DNA of 64,000 nt, from the NCBI RefSeq assembly GCF_964188315.1, contig NC_135655.1, positions 82,336,001 to 82,400,000 of the forward strand. Direction: 5' to 3'. How positions within the stretch are numbered: the first letter of the stretch is position 1; every line of letters begins with the position of its first letter. Shown here piece after piece: positions 50,520-63,201 of the stretch. The translations under genes and the position numbers were made by a program. The notes under the pieces were generated by a model that worked only from the letters and a program-made list of their open reading frames with translations, had not been told where the DNA came from and did no database searches. Source of the stretch: Podarcis muralis (lineage: Eukaryota).

Positions 50520-50961
50520 ATGGTGAACATGAATTGCACTACATCTACCCCTGAATTTGTTTTCTCAGGACTGACAGCTTCCAGGGAGGTGCAGATCACC
50601 TTATTTGAGCTGTTCCTAATGATTTACCTGGTCACCCAGGTGGGGAAATCTCAGGATGGTAGCCTTGATCCATGCTGATGCCCACCTCCAGACTCCCATG
50701 TACTCCTTCCTCCAGAGCTTGTCCATAGTTGACAGCTTTTATTCAACAGGTATCACTCCAAAGCTGTTGGCGGACCTCTTAGTAAGAAAAGCCACCATTA
50801 CCTATGTAGGTTGCGTTCTTCAATACTACACTTTCATCTTTTTGGCAACCTCAGAGTGCCTCCTGCTTGCTGTAATGGCATATGACCGTTACGTCACTGT
50901 CTGCAACTCCTTGCTCTATGCAGTGATCATGTCCCCGAAAAGGGGTTTCATGACCTCTTAA
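50520..50961 (+). pseudogene. Olfactory receptor pseudogene (frameshift in TM1, truncated after TM3)
   Basis: MVNMNCTTSTPEFVFSGL..., a +1 frameshift at gtggggaaat (about 50640-50650), then HLQTPMY...MAYDRY...IMSP; homology ends at about 50945. Confidence 0.88.
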
Positions 50962-51755
50962 AGTTGTAAGTTTCATGTACATAAAATGTTGTGTTTGAAC
51001 ACATTGTATTTGGAATGCTGTAAAGAGACATTTACCTTAAATGAGAGGTTCCACTCTGGGTGAAAGCGGAAGGCTAGTGTTTTTCAATTTCAAGGAGCTA
51101 AACTACTTGATGACTCATCTCCTGGAAATCAGAGCTGCAACTCTTACAGCAAGAAATGAAACTTCAGAAGTCAGAGATGGGACTTGAGAGAGGAAAGTTT
51201 ACTGAACAACAAAAAGAACTGAACCACATTGCTTGTTTGCAGTTGTGCTACTTTACTATTCTGTTCATGTAATGTTTATACCTGACTAGCATTTAAAACT
51301 GTTCCACAGTAAAACATTAAAACACATTCTTGGGGTTGAACTCTCATTTACTTCTACACAAGATGCAGATCAGGAATTCCACCGAACAACTATAACATTC
51401 TGTGCACACTTACCAGAAAATACTAGGACTGGGTAGTATGGCTGCAATTCTATACACACTTATTTGATAATAAGAACTATTGAATCCAATGGTACTTATT
51501 TGCAATTAAACATGCATAGAATCATGGTGCATAAAACCGGGGGCAGGGGCAATAATATGCCCATGTTTGGTCCAATAAAATAAACAATCCCATCAGTTAT
51601 ATGGCATTATTTCACTGGGAAATATTGGGATGTATTTCCACTGAAAAGGGTGGTTTAGGGAGCAATCCTAAGCATGGAAAGCTAGCATAAGTTGTACTGA
51701 TTTACGTTTTTCATGGATATATTCTAGCTCTGTTTCCAGGGGTGAATATTATTAA

Positions 51756-51937
51756 GCCACTGCTCAGTGGTAGAGCATCTGTTTTGCTTCCAGAAGGTCC
51801 CAGGTTTAATCCTCAGCATCTTGAGGGAGGGTAGCATAGACTCCTGCTTGAAACCCTATGGAGCTACTGCCAGTAGGTGTAGACAATATGAGTTAGAAGA
51901 GCCAATGGTTTGAGTACATCACCATCTTATGTTCCTG
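51756..51937 (+). mobile_element. Squam2-like SINE, degraded
   Basis: gctcagtggtagagcatctg...aaggtcccaggtttaatcc...tgccagtaggtgtagacaat. Confidence 0.65.
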
Positions 51938-53180
51938 TGCTTCCTACTTTAAGGCTGTACTTCCACCTCCATTATGGAGACAGGCATTACAGGAAATTCT
52001 GCTATATTAATTTTGTTTCAATGGGGCTAAATGGTGTCCCTGCAGGTTTGTGAACCTTCTTGATTGACAAGAAGGGAATTGGGCTTATTTCTACCCCCTC
52101 TGTTTATTAGATTAAGGATTCAGCTCAATGCCTTTATCCACCAGCAAGTTTACCTCACATTTGTTGTGAGGTAAGCAAAACCTCCAAACCAGCTCAATTT
52201 GTCTGTAGGCAAATTCTGTAGGCTGTTTCCTCCTTGGCCCCAAATATGGTGACCGAGTAACTCCACAGCAAGGCCATACACATGCATTGCCTGCTTACCT
52301 TTGGGCAGGGGCAAAACATGCAAGTTGGGTGGGTGGGACATAGTACAAAAATTACTTTGGAGTAAAAGAAGCATTTGACAAACAGGGACAATATTCACAA
52401 ATACCTTTGAGATCAATTACCTTTCTTGAAGAACACACCACTGGGAGAAACTTTAATTGTGTTGTTTTGGTGTTAGAGATATTTTTGAAAACTTCATGTA
52501 ATTTGCCTCAAATCTCTCTGTGATACACATAAGTAGTTCAGAAAAGCACAACTTCATTTCAGGAATGATTTCTTAAGCAACTGGACATCTTCCATTTCTT
52601 CTACAGGTAATTCTCATAGCGTTAGTGACTTTTCTCTTTTCGTAGCTTGCTAAATATTTATTCGTGGTTGCCTCTTCACTTTGTTTATCAAATGTCTGAA
52701 AAGCATAAAGAAAATCATTACAATATCTCAGGTCTGTTTTGGGCCTGTCAAACTCACTAGGAAAATGTGGTGATGCATCAGAGGATCAATAAACCTGGTT
52801 TTGTTGGCTGCCTTTGAGTTCTAAAATGGGAGATGCAACAACAACATAGGAGAAGCTCTGTGTTCATGGTCCGTGTGTCTTAAGTTGTGCAATCTGGTCC
52901 ATGTCCCAGAGAATGAATCCGCCCCCCACCCCCAGTCATATAACAGCAATTGCTCTGGTCATTTGAGGGCTGCCTTGAGCCTCATGGATAGCAGTTCTGT
53001 TTACCCATCTCATATGGCAGCTCACAATGTTCCTGACTTTGGGTGATGCTGGCAGGTTCCCTGAAATAGACTGATATACCAGAAATAGTCTGATTTGTGC
53101 CCTCCAGAATAAGGTCTGTTATATTTAATCCAAGACTCATATTTTCCAAATAAAGATGAATAAATTTGTTTTGTGGTGTC

Positions 53181-53232
53181 ATTAGTAGTTTTGTGATGTC
53201 ATCAGTAGTTTTGTGATGTCGTTAGTAGTTTT
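53181..53232. repeat. 20-bp minisatellite, about 2.5 copies
   Basis: attagtagttttgtgatgtc / atcagtagttttgtgatgtc / gttagtagtttt. Confidence 0.8.
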
Positions 53233-54610
53233 ATTGAATATAAAAGCCAAACAATTAATAAACCTATAGCCATGAATTACCTTTCCATTTCTCTTGTGGT
53301 TAGGAGGGTGGTTCCAGCCAGATGTGGGGAAAGAATGTGTGGTTCTTTTATTCTACTGTTCCAATTTTGAAAACTTAAGAGAATGTTCCTAACATTCACT
53401 GGAGTGATCTGGGAAAAGGGCAACATTGTTCAGACTAGAAGAAACTTTGACATATCTACTTATGTAAATGTGAGGAGACATAGAAGTGAGGTTCAGTCAG
53501 GGAGAGTGATCCAGGTCCATGATGGAGACACTTGTCTAAGAGAAAGAATAATGCTCAAAGGGAAAAGTTAGGTAGAAGATCTTGAGGAATGGAAATGGGA
53601 TGAAGAGCTGTGGGGAAAGAAAAGAGGAGAGTCTGGGAGCATCAAAAGAGGAGTAGTGCAGCTGATGCCAGTGTGGTAAGGGTCCATAGTCAACAGTGGA
53701 GAGAACTTCACCTTCCAGAGCAGTGTCAAATTCAGAGGCAGGGAGTGTTGAACTAGAAGATAAGGGAATGGGTAGCCCAACATTTAAGGTGGCTCTAACA
53801 CTCCAGTCCTAGAGGACTATGGAAACTGGGGGTAGGGGACCCAGCTATACAGCTGCAAATAAAATGTTTTAAGTGTGTTGTAATGTGCAATATACAAATG
53901 TGACACTAGATGGCGAGAGTGAGCTATGACAAATTCAATGTATTTTTCAAAACGTTTTTTTTAAAAGCATTTTCACTGCGTTTTTTTTTAAAAAAAATGT
54001 GTGCAGATTCCACCAGGCTCACTATTGTAACTTAAAACAGTAAATTGTTATGAGCTAGAATGGTGTCAGAGTTGTATCATTTGAGGGTATTGGGAATTGG
54101 CATGACATGGAACTTTCCCCAGCAGCCCACAGAGGACATGGTATCATTCTGCTTTTTCCAGTTTGACATTTTATGTACTTCTAATGTGGTGAAATCTGTA
54201 CATGGTAACCTAAACTCAGCATATAGAGACCACTGCTCTTGCCAAATTCCATTTTATTTGAGTTGTGATTCCATCTAATTGAAGCAGGACTGTGAAGTAG
54301 CCAAGAGGTCTAAGAGCGTTAATGGCTCACTTTAGCTGCAATAATTAATTTTGTGGAATTTACAGTCTGTCCAGGTGATTGATGGGTGCAATGGCAAAAC
54401 CAGATTAAAAACCCTCCACCAGATTTCACTTTTTAAAAAGTCTCCAGTTAATAAAGGTCCATCAAAGAGGACCTCCCAGCCAAACAATTGTAGCTCACAC
54501 AGTTCAACTACTGAGGTTAGAGAAAAGGAGACAAAAAGAGGTTAAAATGCCATGGTGTCCCATATCTAATAAAGAAATCTTGCTTTGTTTTTCCTAACAG
54601 GAAAGTGTGA

Positions 54611-55558
54611 ATGAATCCAATGGCTAAAGAAAATTACACCATGACAACCAGCTTCAATCTCTTTGGACTAACAGAAAATCTGGAGCTGCGTCCTCCACTC
54701 TTTGTGGTCTTTTTAATAATCTATATTGCCACACTGGTGGGGAATCTTGGGATGATTATATTGATTGGCATAGATCCTCAACTGCACACCCCAATGTATT
54801 TTTTTCTCAGCAGCCTGTCCTTCCTAGATGCCTGCTATTCCACCACCATCACACCTAATATGCTGGTGAATTTTTTAGCAGAAAACAAAAGCATCACTTA
54901 TGCTGCCTGCATTTCACAATATTGTTTCTTTGCAATCTTTGCCACTACTGAGTTTTTTCTTCTGGCAGCCATGGCATATGACCGGTATGTGGCTATCTGC
55001 AACCCTCTGCTCTATGCCTCTGTGATGACCAAGAAACTTTGTGCAGGTCTGATAGCAGGATCCTACCTCTTGGGTATTGTGAACTCTCTGATTCAGACAG
55101 GTGGCTTGTTGAGACTGTCCTTCTGTGGTTCCAATATCATCAATCACTTTTTTTGTGATCTCACGCCTCTTCTGAAACTGGCCTGTAATGATATCTACAT
55201 CAATGAGATGCTGGTATTCATTTTTGGCAGCCTGTTTGAAATGAGCACCTTGCTGGTCATTATAATCTCTTATGTATTCATCATTATAGCTGTAGTCAGG
55301 ATTCGCTCTGCTGAGGGGAGGCATAAAGCTTTCTCCACATGTGCCTCCCATCTCACAGCAGTGGCCATATACCATGGGACCATTCTTTTCATGTACTTCA
55401 GACCCAGCTCCAGCTACTTTCTTGACACAGACAAAGTAGCCTCTGTGTTTTACACAGTGATAATACCTGTGTTGAATCCTTTGATCTACAGTCTGAGGAA
55501 CAAGGATGTAAAATGTGCTCTAAGAAAAGTGATTCAGAGAAAAGTGGTATTTCAATAA
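54611..55558 (+). CDS. Olfactory receptor, family 5-like (315 aa; second ATG gives MAKENYT)
   Basis: Intact motifs; acceptor ttttcctaacag at 54600. Confidence 0.95.
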   Translation: MNPMAKENYTMTTSFNLFGLTENLELRPPLFVVFLIIYIATLVGNLGMIILIGIDPQLHTPMYFFLSSLSFLDACYSTTITPNMLVNFLAENKSITYAACISQYCFFAIFATTEFFLLAAMAYDRYVAICNPLLYASVMTKKLCAGLIAGSYLLGIVNSLIQTGGLLRLSFCGSNIINHFFCDLTPLLKLACNDIYINEMLVFIFGSLFEMSTLLVIIISYVFIIIAVVRIRSAEGRHKAFSTCASHLTAVAIYHGTILFMYFRPSSSYFLDTDKVASVFYTVIIPVLNPLIYSLRNKDVKCALRKVIQRKVVFQ

Positions 55559-55922
55559 ATATCTCTTTTAACAGTTACCAAGTATAGGTGGACTGGGCCA
55601 CCTATATGCCAATAAAATCTTAAGGCATGGCCTTATATCAACTGAACATACTGGAACATTTCCAAATGTATTTTGGTGATCTATACCAATAGAATAATAA
55701 AATCCTAGCAACTGCATCTTTTTCCAGCCCACCACATATACCTTAAACCTTCCTGTCTATGGACATCGAGGGACATGGAACTTCAGGTCCAGCATTACCC
55801 TACAAAGAACGAATTAAATGCCAATCGTCTTATCAGGAGATGAGGGAATTGAGAAGGTGTGTATTTCAGAATTCCCTGGATATGTTAAATGCATACACTG
55901 TGCTTTCCTTCTCTGTTCAGTC

Positions 55923-56537
55923 TGTCATAGGCCTCTCAGTTTCATCAGGATCTAGCATGGTTTGGCAGTCCCAAATGGAAGAGGAGCAGAGAGAAAAAGT
56001 GGTGGAGGTTGAACCTTGAAGGCTGCCACCCGGGGATGGAAGATGGAGGTTCTCCTCTTGCAACTCTAGATATCAGGGGGAGAGAGAAGCAAATCTGCTG
56101 GCTCTCTCCACTGCCCCTCCTGTGAAGCATAGAGTTTCACTGGGGTAGGGGGAGCACTTTGACCAGCCTATATGAGGGACTGAGCAGAAAGAGGTGGCAG
56201 TGAATCCAGAGTCTGAGGGCAAGACACAGTGAGCCCACGCATCAGCCCAAATGGAGCTTACGTTTGTGCTCACAGAAATCTTGTAAAGCAAGAAAGTCAT
56301 GTGTGTGAGCTCACCCTATCTTTAAAATCTTGGTGGGAGGGGTGTGGTAACTGTTGGGACATCTTCACTGCTTCCATTCAAATGTGTACCTCTTGTCTAA
56401 CCGTTGTACCTTGGAATCATGATTTCTGGGCCCTGTGATTGCTGCTGAGCCTCTTCTGTCACTAGCCTGAATAAAGATATCTTCCTTATTCTCGGTTAAG
56501 AAGCACCGTTACTGTGTTTTGGTATGGGAGCATGACA
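55923..56537 (+). mobile_element. Solo LTR (615 bp)
   Basis: TGTCAT...ATGACA termini; 5-bp TSD cagtc at 55918-55922 and 56538-56542; TATA-like cctatatg; AATAAA at about 56470. Confidence 0.8.
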
Positions 56538-56689
56538 CAGTCCTTCCACGCCAGTCAAATGCAGATCATTTGCTATCAACAATGGATTCTGCCCTTAGTG
56601 GTTGGGGAACTTGACATGGTCAGGTTACTTCAGAGCAGAAACTAGACCAAAATGAGTGACCATGAAAGTAGCAGCTGCATTGCTAAGAA

Positions 56690-57076
56690 TGAAAAGGGTA
56701 AAAGGTAAAGGACCCCTGGATGGTTAATTCCAGTCAAAGGTGACTATGGGGTTGTGGCACTCATCTCACTTTTAGGCCAAGGGAGCTGGTGTATGTCCAC
56801 AGACAGCTTTCCGGGTCATGTGGCCAGCATGACTAAACCACTTCTGGCACAATGAAACACTGTGATGGAAACCAGAGCGCACAGAAACACCACTTACCTT
56901 CCTGCCACAGAAGTACCAATTTATCTACTTGCACTGGCATCCTTTCAAACTGCTAGGTTGGCAGGAGCTGAGACAGAGCAACGGGAGCTCACTCTGCTGC
57001 GGGAATTCAAACTGCCGACCTTCCAATTGGCACACCAAAGAGGCTCAGTGGTTTAGACCACAGCGCCACCCGCGTC
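56690..57076 (-). mobile_element. Sauria SINE, older subfamily
   Basis: Full head to (accttt) tail; TSD ttgctaagaa at 56680-56689 and 57078-57087. Confidence 0.9.
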
Positions 57077-57833
57077 TTTGCTAAGAACAAAAGCAGCATA
57101 CTTGACTGCCTCAGCTAACACCCTATGGTTGGAATAGGAGCACAAAAGTTAAGCTCCCCATTACAGACATGCAGGAATGTGTCAAAGGTTGTAAAGATTA
57201 GAAGACAGCAAAAACTAGTGCAACTTAATTAACAAAATGAAACACCGCACACAATGCCATTTAAAGTGAATTCTTTAGATGTTCAACAGTTCTTGGTCAA
57301 GCAATGTAGTGGTATTTGGGGTCTGCATGCTGACACACATCAGTGTCTTTAGCAACACCTGTGGGAGGTTGCATATGTGCACAGAAAGCCCGTCCAAGAA
57401 TGTATCTCTCTTACAGGATTTGAATGACTGAATGCACTGCAATGCCCCTGTGTGTGTTGAGAGAATTTCCCTCGTAGTGATACATGGGAGATCCTTACAT
57501 GGACATGGTAGATATGACAGGCAAGGAGAGTTTCTTGAATCTATGAAGGAAGAGAAGCAAAAGTCCTATCCACTCCTAAACTTCATGCTATCCTTTACAG
57601 CCCTTTAGGCCAATTAGATACAAAACAGTACAAAATGCCCAGTCAAATTTTATTGTGGAGACTGTGTCTGATTCAAGAGTACATACTGTACTCTGTATGT
57701 ACACTGGAGTACATACACCACCACCATTTGTGCAATTCAGACAGGTGGAAAGGATCCAGCTCTGCCATTGTTGGATTCTGGCTCAAGTGCAGTGGAATAC
57801 ATTCCCCATATCAAAGGCAGTTTTAGGGTAGCA

Positions 57834-58098
57834 AGGTAAAGATAAGGTAAAGGACCCCTGGATGGTCAAGTCCAGTCAAAGGTGACTATGGGGTTGCAAT
57901 GCTCATCTCACTTTCAGGCCGAGGGAGCCAGCGTTTGTGTACAGACAGTTTTCTGGGTCATGTCACCAGCATCACTAAACTGCTGCTGGTGCATGGAGGA
58001 CCGTAACGAGTGCCAGAGCACATGGAAATGCCGTTTACCTTCCTGCAGCAGTGGTACCTATTTATCTACTTGCACTGGCATGCTTTCAAACTGCTAGC
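57834..58098 (-). mobile_element. Sauria SINE, 5'-truncated
   Basis: Tail and body match 56690-57076; tRNA head missing. Confidence 0.85.
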
Positions 58099-59056
58099 AT
58101 GACCAGTTTGGGCACAAAGGGCACCACAACAATGCTGTAGAAAGGAGCACGAGAGGCAGGGGGTGCTGAATTTTGACGTTGCACAGGACACCACTGGAAT
58201 TTGAGAGCCCAAAGTCCGCCACTGCCCATATGGCATATATAAAACTGAGAAAATTATTTATATCATGCTGAAGACTGGGCTAATTCAAATATTGATTATG
58301 GTGTTCCTTGTACTTGAAGCATGAACAAAATAAATTATGAGGAAAGGTATGTTCATTATTTATATTCAAATAGAAGGGGGAAAGAACAGCAATTCAATTT
58401 TTAATTAACTTTTAAAAAAACAGAGCTTTTTTTAGAGCTCCCACAAGTGTAATTTTTAATTATTTTCTCTGAGACTAGAGTTGCTTCAGGGATTTCATTA
58501 ATAATAATAAAAAATCCCTCTCCCATCATAAATCATTGAATCTGGGATCAACTGTCCTGTAAAAATTGCGCAGTGATGCTGCCATGCACTCATTCCAGCC
58601 TCCTGGTAAAGGTAGACTGCCTTCCTCTATTATTTGCAGATGGTGTCGGCTGTAGCTGGGACTTCCAGATTTCCTTTGCATGTTTTAAGGTAGCAGCAAG
58701 CAAACTGCATTCAGTGTTTCGTTTTCCATTGCAAACTGATTGATAATGAAGATGTATGTGATTCATGCCTGAACCTGACAAATCCAACAAAGGTGCTGGT
58801 AAGAACAGAGTTTGTTTGCCTATTTAATTGGAGTTTATATTTCCTTGGACACATATTTTAAATCTATTCAATGTTGACTGTTAAATTCCATTTTGACCGT
58901 TTTAATGTTTATGTAAAAAATATTCTGAATTTCTGGTTTCACTATGCTGGCTGTTTAGCCGTAATAATAAACATTCATTCAGTTTGTTCATTTAAAAAAT
59001 ACTTTCCTTGAACAGGAATGTAATGTTAGAATTACAAGGGCCTGAAAACAAAAGTA

Positions 59057-59411
59057 AAGATAAAGGTAAAGGGACCCCTGACCATTAGGTCCAGTCGTGA
59101 CCGACTCTGGGGTTGAGGCACTCATCTCGCTTTATTGGTCGAGGGAGCCGGCATACAGCTTCTGGGTCATGTGGCCAGCATGGCTAAACCGCTTCTGGCG
59201 AACCAGAGCAGCGCACGGAAACGCCATTTACCTTCCCGCCGGAGTGGTACCTATTTATCTACTTGCACTTTGACGTGCTTTCGAACTGCTAGGTTGGCAG
59301 GAGCAGGGACCGAGCAAAGGGAGCTCACCCCATCGCGGGGATTCGAACCGCGACCTTCTGATCAGCAAGTCCTAGGCTCTGTGGTTTAACCCACAGTGCC
59401 ACCCGTGTCCC
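59057..59411 (-). mobile_element. Sauria SINE, full length
   Basis: Close to the 37678 copy; TSD gaaaaca(a/t)aagta at 59044 and 59412. Confidence 0.92.
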
Positions 59412-60206
59412 GAAAACATAAGTACCCATCAGGAAATGTGAGTTCCCTAATTTGATGAAATAATGCAAATGGTGGCGGTGGGGATTTATAGGGGTAAATC
59501 AGAAGATAGAGATTCTTAACTATTTCTGTGCCCTATCCCCAATTCTTCCCTTCAAGTGCCCTTCCAATATGCCATTCCCTTGGATTAATTTCCTCTCATG
59601 TAGTCCAGCTGAAGGGAAACCAGGATAAAATGGCTGTTCCATATCCAGTTCCTGCTTATTTCCTCCTGTAAATTAGTATTAGGAAGAAGACAATAGTGGA
59701 GTACCTTCTGTTTGCCTCATAACGTGTAGCTCTGACAAACAAAAATTTGGCAGGCCTCTAAAAGGAGAAGTCTTATTTTCATTATTTCTCCTAATACACA
59801 CGTTTCTGGGCAATTTCCTCCTAATATATATATATATAAACATTTTTACAAAGCCATTTCCCTTGCTATTATGCTTTTTTGCATGTTACTTTAACAAATA
59901 TATGGATTTTTATACACAACACCCTAGTATAGGATTTATTTGTTACACAGTGCATGACTGGATAACTTCATTGCAAGATTCAGAGAAGTGCAAGTGCCAA
60001 AGTATGTGTGTGTTTTGGCTTGCTGATTCTTTTGGAAAGTGTGAATTAGGTAAGCTCACATTTAAATGTGATATAACAATATATAACTATTTAAATCTTT
60101 ATAGTGGCTTGGTAACTGTGCTACCAACAGTGCCACCAATCAGAAGTGATGACCCTCTTCTTTTCATTGTGTTAACCAGGTGCAAGTATCATGTCATCAC
60201 AACTAA

Positions 60207-61136
60207 ATGGCTGCAAACAATTATACTATGGCGACTGAATTCATCCTTCTTGGACTAACAGATCGGCTGGAGGTTCAAGTTCCCCTCTTTGTGATATTCC
60301 TGTTGATCTATATTCTGACATTGGCTGGGAATATGGGGATGATAGTACTGATCAGGATTAGCCCCCGGCTTCACACCCCTATGTATTTCTTCCTTAGCAA
60401 TCTTTCTGTAGTTGATCTCTGCTATTCTTCCATCTTTGCCCCAAGGCTGTTGATGAATTTAGCACAATCTAAGATCATTTCTTATGCGGGATGCATCACT
60501 CAGCATTGCTTCTTTGTAGTGTTCGTGAGTACCGAAGGCTTCCTCTTAGCTGCAATGGCATATGACCGTTATATTGCCATATGTAATCCCCTGCTCTATA
60601 CTGCTATTATGTCCAAAAGTGTCTGCATCTACTTAGTAGCAGGGGCATACTTTGGGGGGATATTGAATTCCATCACACATACTTCTGGATTGCTGAGACT
60701 GTCATTCTGTGCCCCTAGTATAATCAACCACTTCTTTTGTGATACCCCAGCTATGTTGAAAGTTGCATGCTCTGATATCCATATTAATGAACTTTTGTTG
60801 GTAACCTTCTCTGCGACAGTTGCTATTTCTACACTCCTGGTCATTGTAATCTCTTACCTCTACATCCTCTCCTCTGTCATAAAGATGCGCACTTCTGAGG
60901 GCAGAATCAAAGCCTTCTCCACCTGTGCTTCCCATATGACAGCTGTGACTTTGTTCTATGGACCAGTAAGCTTAAGTCACTTGCAGCCCAGTTTCATGTA
61001 CTCTGTAGAACAGGAGAAGATCTCAGCTGTGTTCTACACCCTGGTGGTCCCAATGCTGAACCCATTAATCTACAGCTTGAGAAACAAAGAGGTAAAGGAT
61101 GCTTTGAAGCAAGTGATCAATTGTCAAAAGAAATAA
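60207..61136 (+). CDS. Olfactory receptor, family 5 (OR5J2-like), 309 aa
   Basis: Intact motifs; TEGFLL and QPS..Y.VEQEK recall OR5J2; one residue shorter in extracellular loop 1. Confidence 0.95.
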   Translation: MAANNYTMATEFILLGLTDRLEVQVPLFVIFLLIYILTLAGNMGMIVLIRISPRLHTPMYFFLSNLSVVDLCYSSIFAPRLLMNLAQSKIISYAGCITQHCFFVVFVSTEGFLLAAMAYDRYIAICNPLLYTAIMSKSVCIYLVAGAYFGGILNSITHTSGLLRLSFCAPSIINHFFCDTPAMLKVACSDIHINELLLVTFSATVAISTLLVIVISYLYILSSVIKMRTSEGRIKAFSTCASHMTAVTLFYGPVSLSHLQPSFMYSVEQEKISAVFYTLVVPMLNPLIYSLRNKEVKDALKQVINCQKK

Positions 61137-61957
61137 TCTGAGTCTCCTCGCCTCAGGATGGTTTAGACTGCAGGGGTGGGCAATCTGTGGACCTCCAGAT
61201 GTTGGTCCATAGCTCATATTTGTGCCACTGGGCATGCTGGAGTGGATGGGAGTCCAACAATATCCAAAGATTCAAAGTCAAAGATTCCCCATCCCATATT
61301 CAGTCATTTATTTTGAATGAGTTGGAGGTCCAATGGGGAGAGCAGATATTGTCTTAATTTGTCTGATATGCAAATATGATGTACAAATAAAATAAAATGG
61401 AGGGAAAATAAGCTGGTGTAGAAAATGCTTTTGTTTATTCATTTCATTTAGTTATCTCCTCCCAAGAATAAAATGCTTCCCAAGGCAATACACACAAAAT
61501 ACAAAAGCAAAATTCACATCGATAACATTTCAAAACAAACCAGTGAAACAAAGACTCTCCTCCTGCAAGAAAGGGGAGTGGTTGTGGTCGGGAACCGGAC
61601 TCCGTCTCAAGCAGGGGGCGTTAGCCCCCTGCCTCCCACTCACCTGGCTGGCGCCCATGCCCACGGGCAGGCACCCAACCAGGTGCCTGCGAGGGGGCGT
61701 GTTTAGCAGCCTAAATTGCTGTGGCACCAGCCTTCCAGCCTCACTTTTCGTCGTCCCATGCGAGTCATCAGCTAGGAGTCATCACAGTCATCACAGGGAA
61801 GAGCCACGAGGTTTGGAGCCGGGGGGGTCTGTGTGTGTGGAGGCTGCCTGGTTCCTGGCTTGCCTTTTAACTTTAGGAGGCTTGTGTGCGCTCATTGCTT
61901 TACTGCTTTTAAAAACCCAGGCATCCAGGTTTGCTTTGCTGTGTCCTCTTTTCCATG

Positions 61958-62137
61958 CAGCGGCGTAGCGTGGGTTGTCAGCACCCGGGGCAAGGCAAGT
62001 AATTTGCGCCCCCTAACCCATGGATTTGCGCCCGCTAACCTGTGGATTTGCGCCCCCTAACCCGTGGATTTGCCCTAACCCCAGATGTTGCGCCCGGTGC
62101 GGCCGGCACCCCCTGCACCCCCCACGCTACGCCACTG
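61958..62137. mobile_element. hAT-type MITE, second copy of the 37396 family
   Basis: Same TIRs and internal repeats; perfect 8-bp TSD tttccatg. Confidence 0.9.
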
Positions 62138-62702
62138 TTTCCATGTAAAAACCTACATTTAACCTTCTATTTCCCCCCCACTCCTGGTGCTTGATTTGTT
62201 TGTGCGGTCTAAGTGCGAATTACCTTTCTTAAGCTGCAGCTTGTTCCCTTGCCCAGCATGTGCCCCCAGCGAGGTCTGAGTGTGAGTGTGGTTCCGTCTT
62301 TCTTTCTCCCTCGTCTCCTCACTTTCCTTCCCCTGCCTCTGCCTTGGTGGCTGTGCGTTTTATTTTAATTTTTGGCCAGGGTGCTTGTACGTTTCCCCCT
62401 CTATTGCCCTTGCCTGTCCGATTGCATGGCTGGTCTGGGTGACTGAGTGGGTTTGCCTTACATTTTAATTTGTTGGCCAGGGAGCTTGTGCGTTTTCCCC
62501 CTCCATTATCCTTGAGAGCCTGGATAGTCCTTGAGAGCCATATTTTAAAATCTAGCTGCCCAACATAATATCAGAAAAGCAGCATAATAAAGCCACCAAG
62601 GCCAGGCCACACAATCAGATACTCAGACACAATTTGTTCCTGAAAAACAAGGCAGAAATATAGTTCTTACAGCCAGTAATGGAACCTACCTAAGATCACA
62701 TG

Positions 62703-62707
<5 letters not shown>

Positions 62708-62745
<38 letters not shown>
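62708..62745. repeat. (TG)n microsatellite
   Basis: Directly visible. Confidence 0.9.
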
Positions 62746-62750
<5 letters not shown>

Positions 62751-63201
62751 TACTGTTTACTTGATCTAAAGAACAACAACCCTTTAATCTAAAATATTCA
62801 TTAGAAAAATAGTGTGTTCCAATCACAGTGATTTAAGGGAGAAATAAACAGTCGTTCTTCATGTGGAGCAACCTTGTCCTACATTTTGGGTGTGAGAGAA
62901 CAGTGAAAGCAGAAAGCAGAGTGATAGCACTCTTGGGGTGGCTTGTTTCTTTCCCAAGTGCTCTTTTTGCTAACAGAAAATTAAAAATCACAGCCTTCTC
63001 ATTCTTTCTCATTCAGCTTGGGTGTCAAGGCTTCAGTGAATCCTATCACTCGCACAGCAGCAGCAAAGAAGCAGATAAAAGAAGAGTTCTTAGCAATTAG
63101 TTTATTCAGTAATCACAGCGAGAGACAAAATAATGCATCTCTCTCCTAGAAATGGCATTGTTCCAAGTAACGTCCCGTCCCGTCCCCCCTTCATCTCTCT
63201 C

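Noticed and set aside
58790-58980. 3' end of a second RTE-X-like LINE (gctggctgtttagccgtaataataaa + cattcattc)
   Set aside because: The tail resembles that of the 21.5 kb element, but no coding homology could be confirmed
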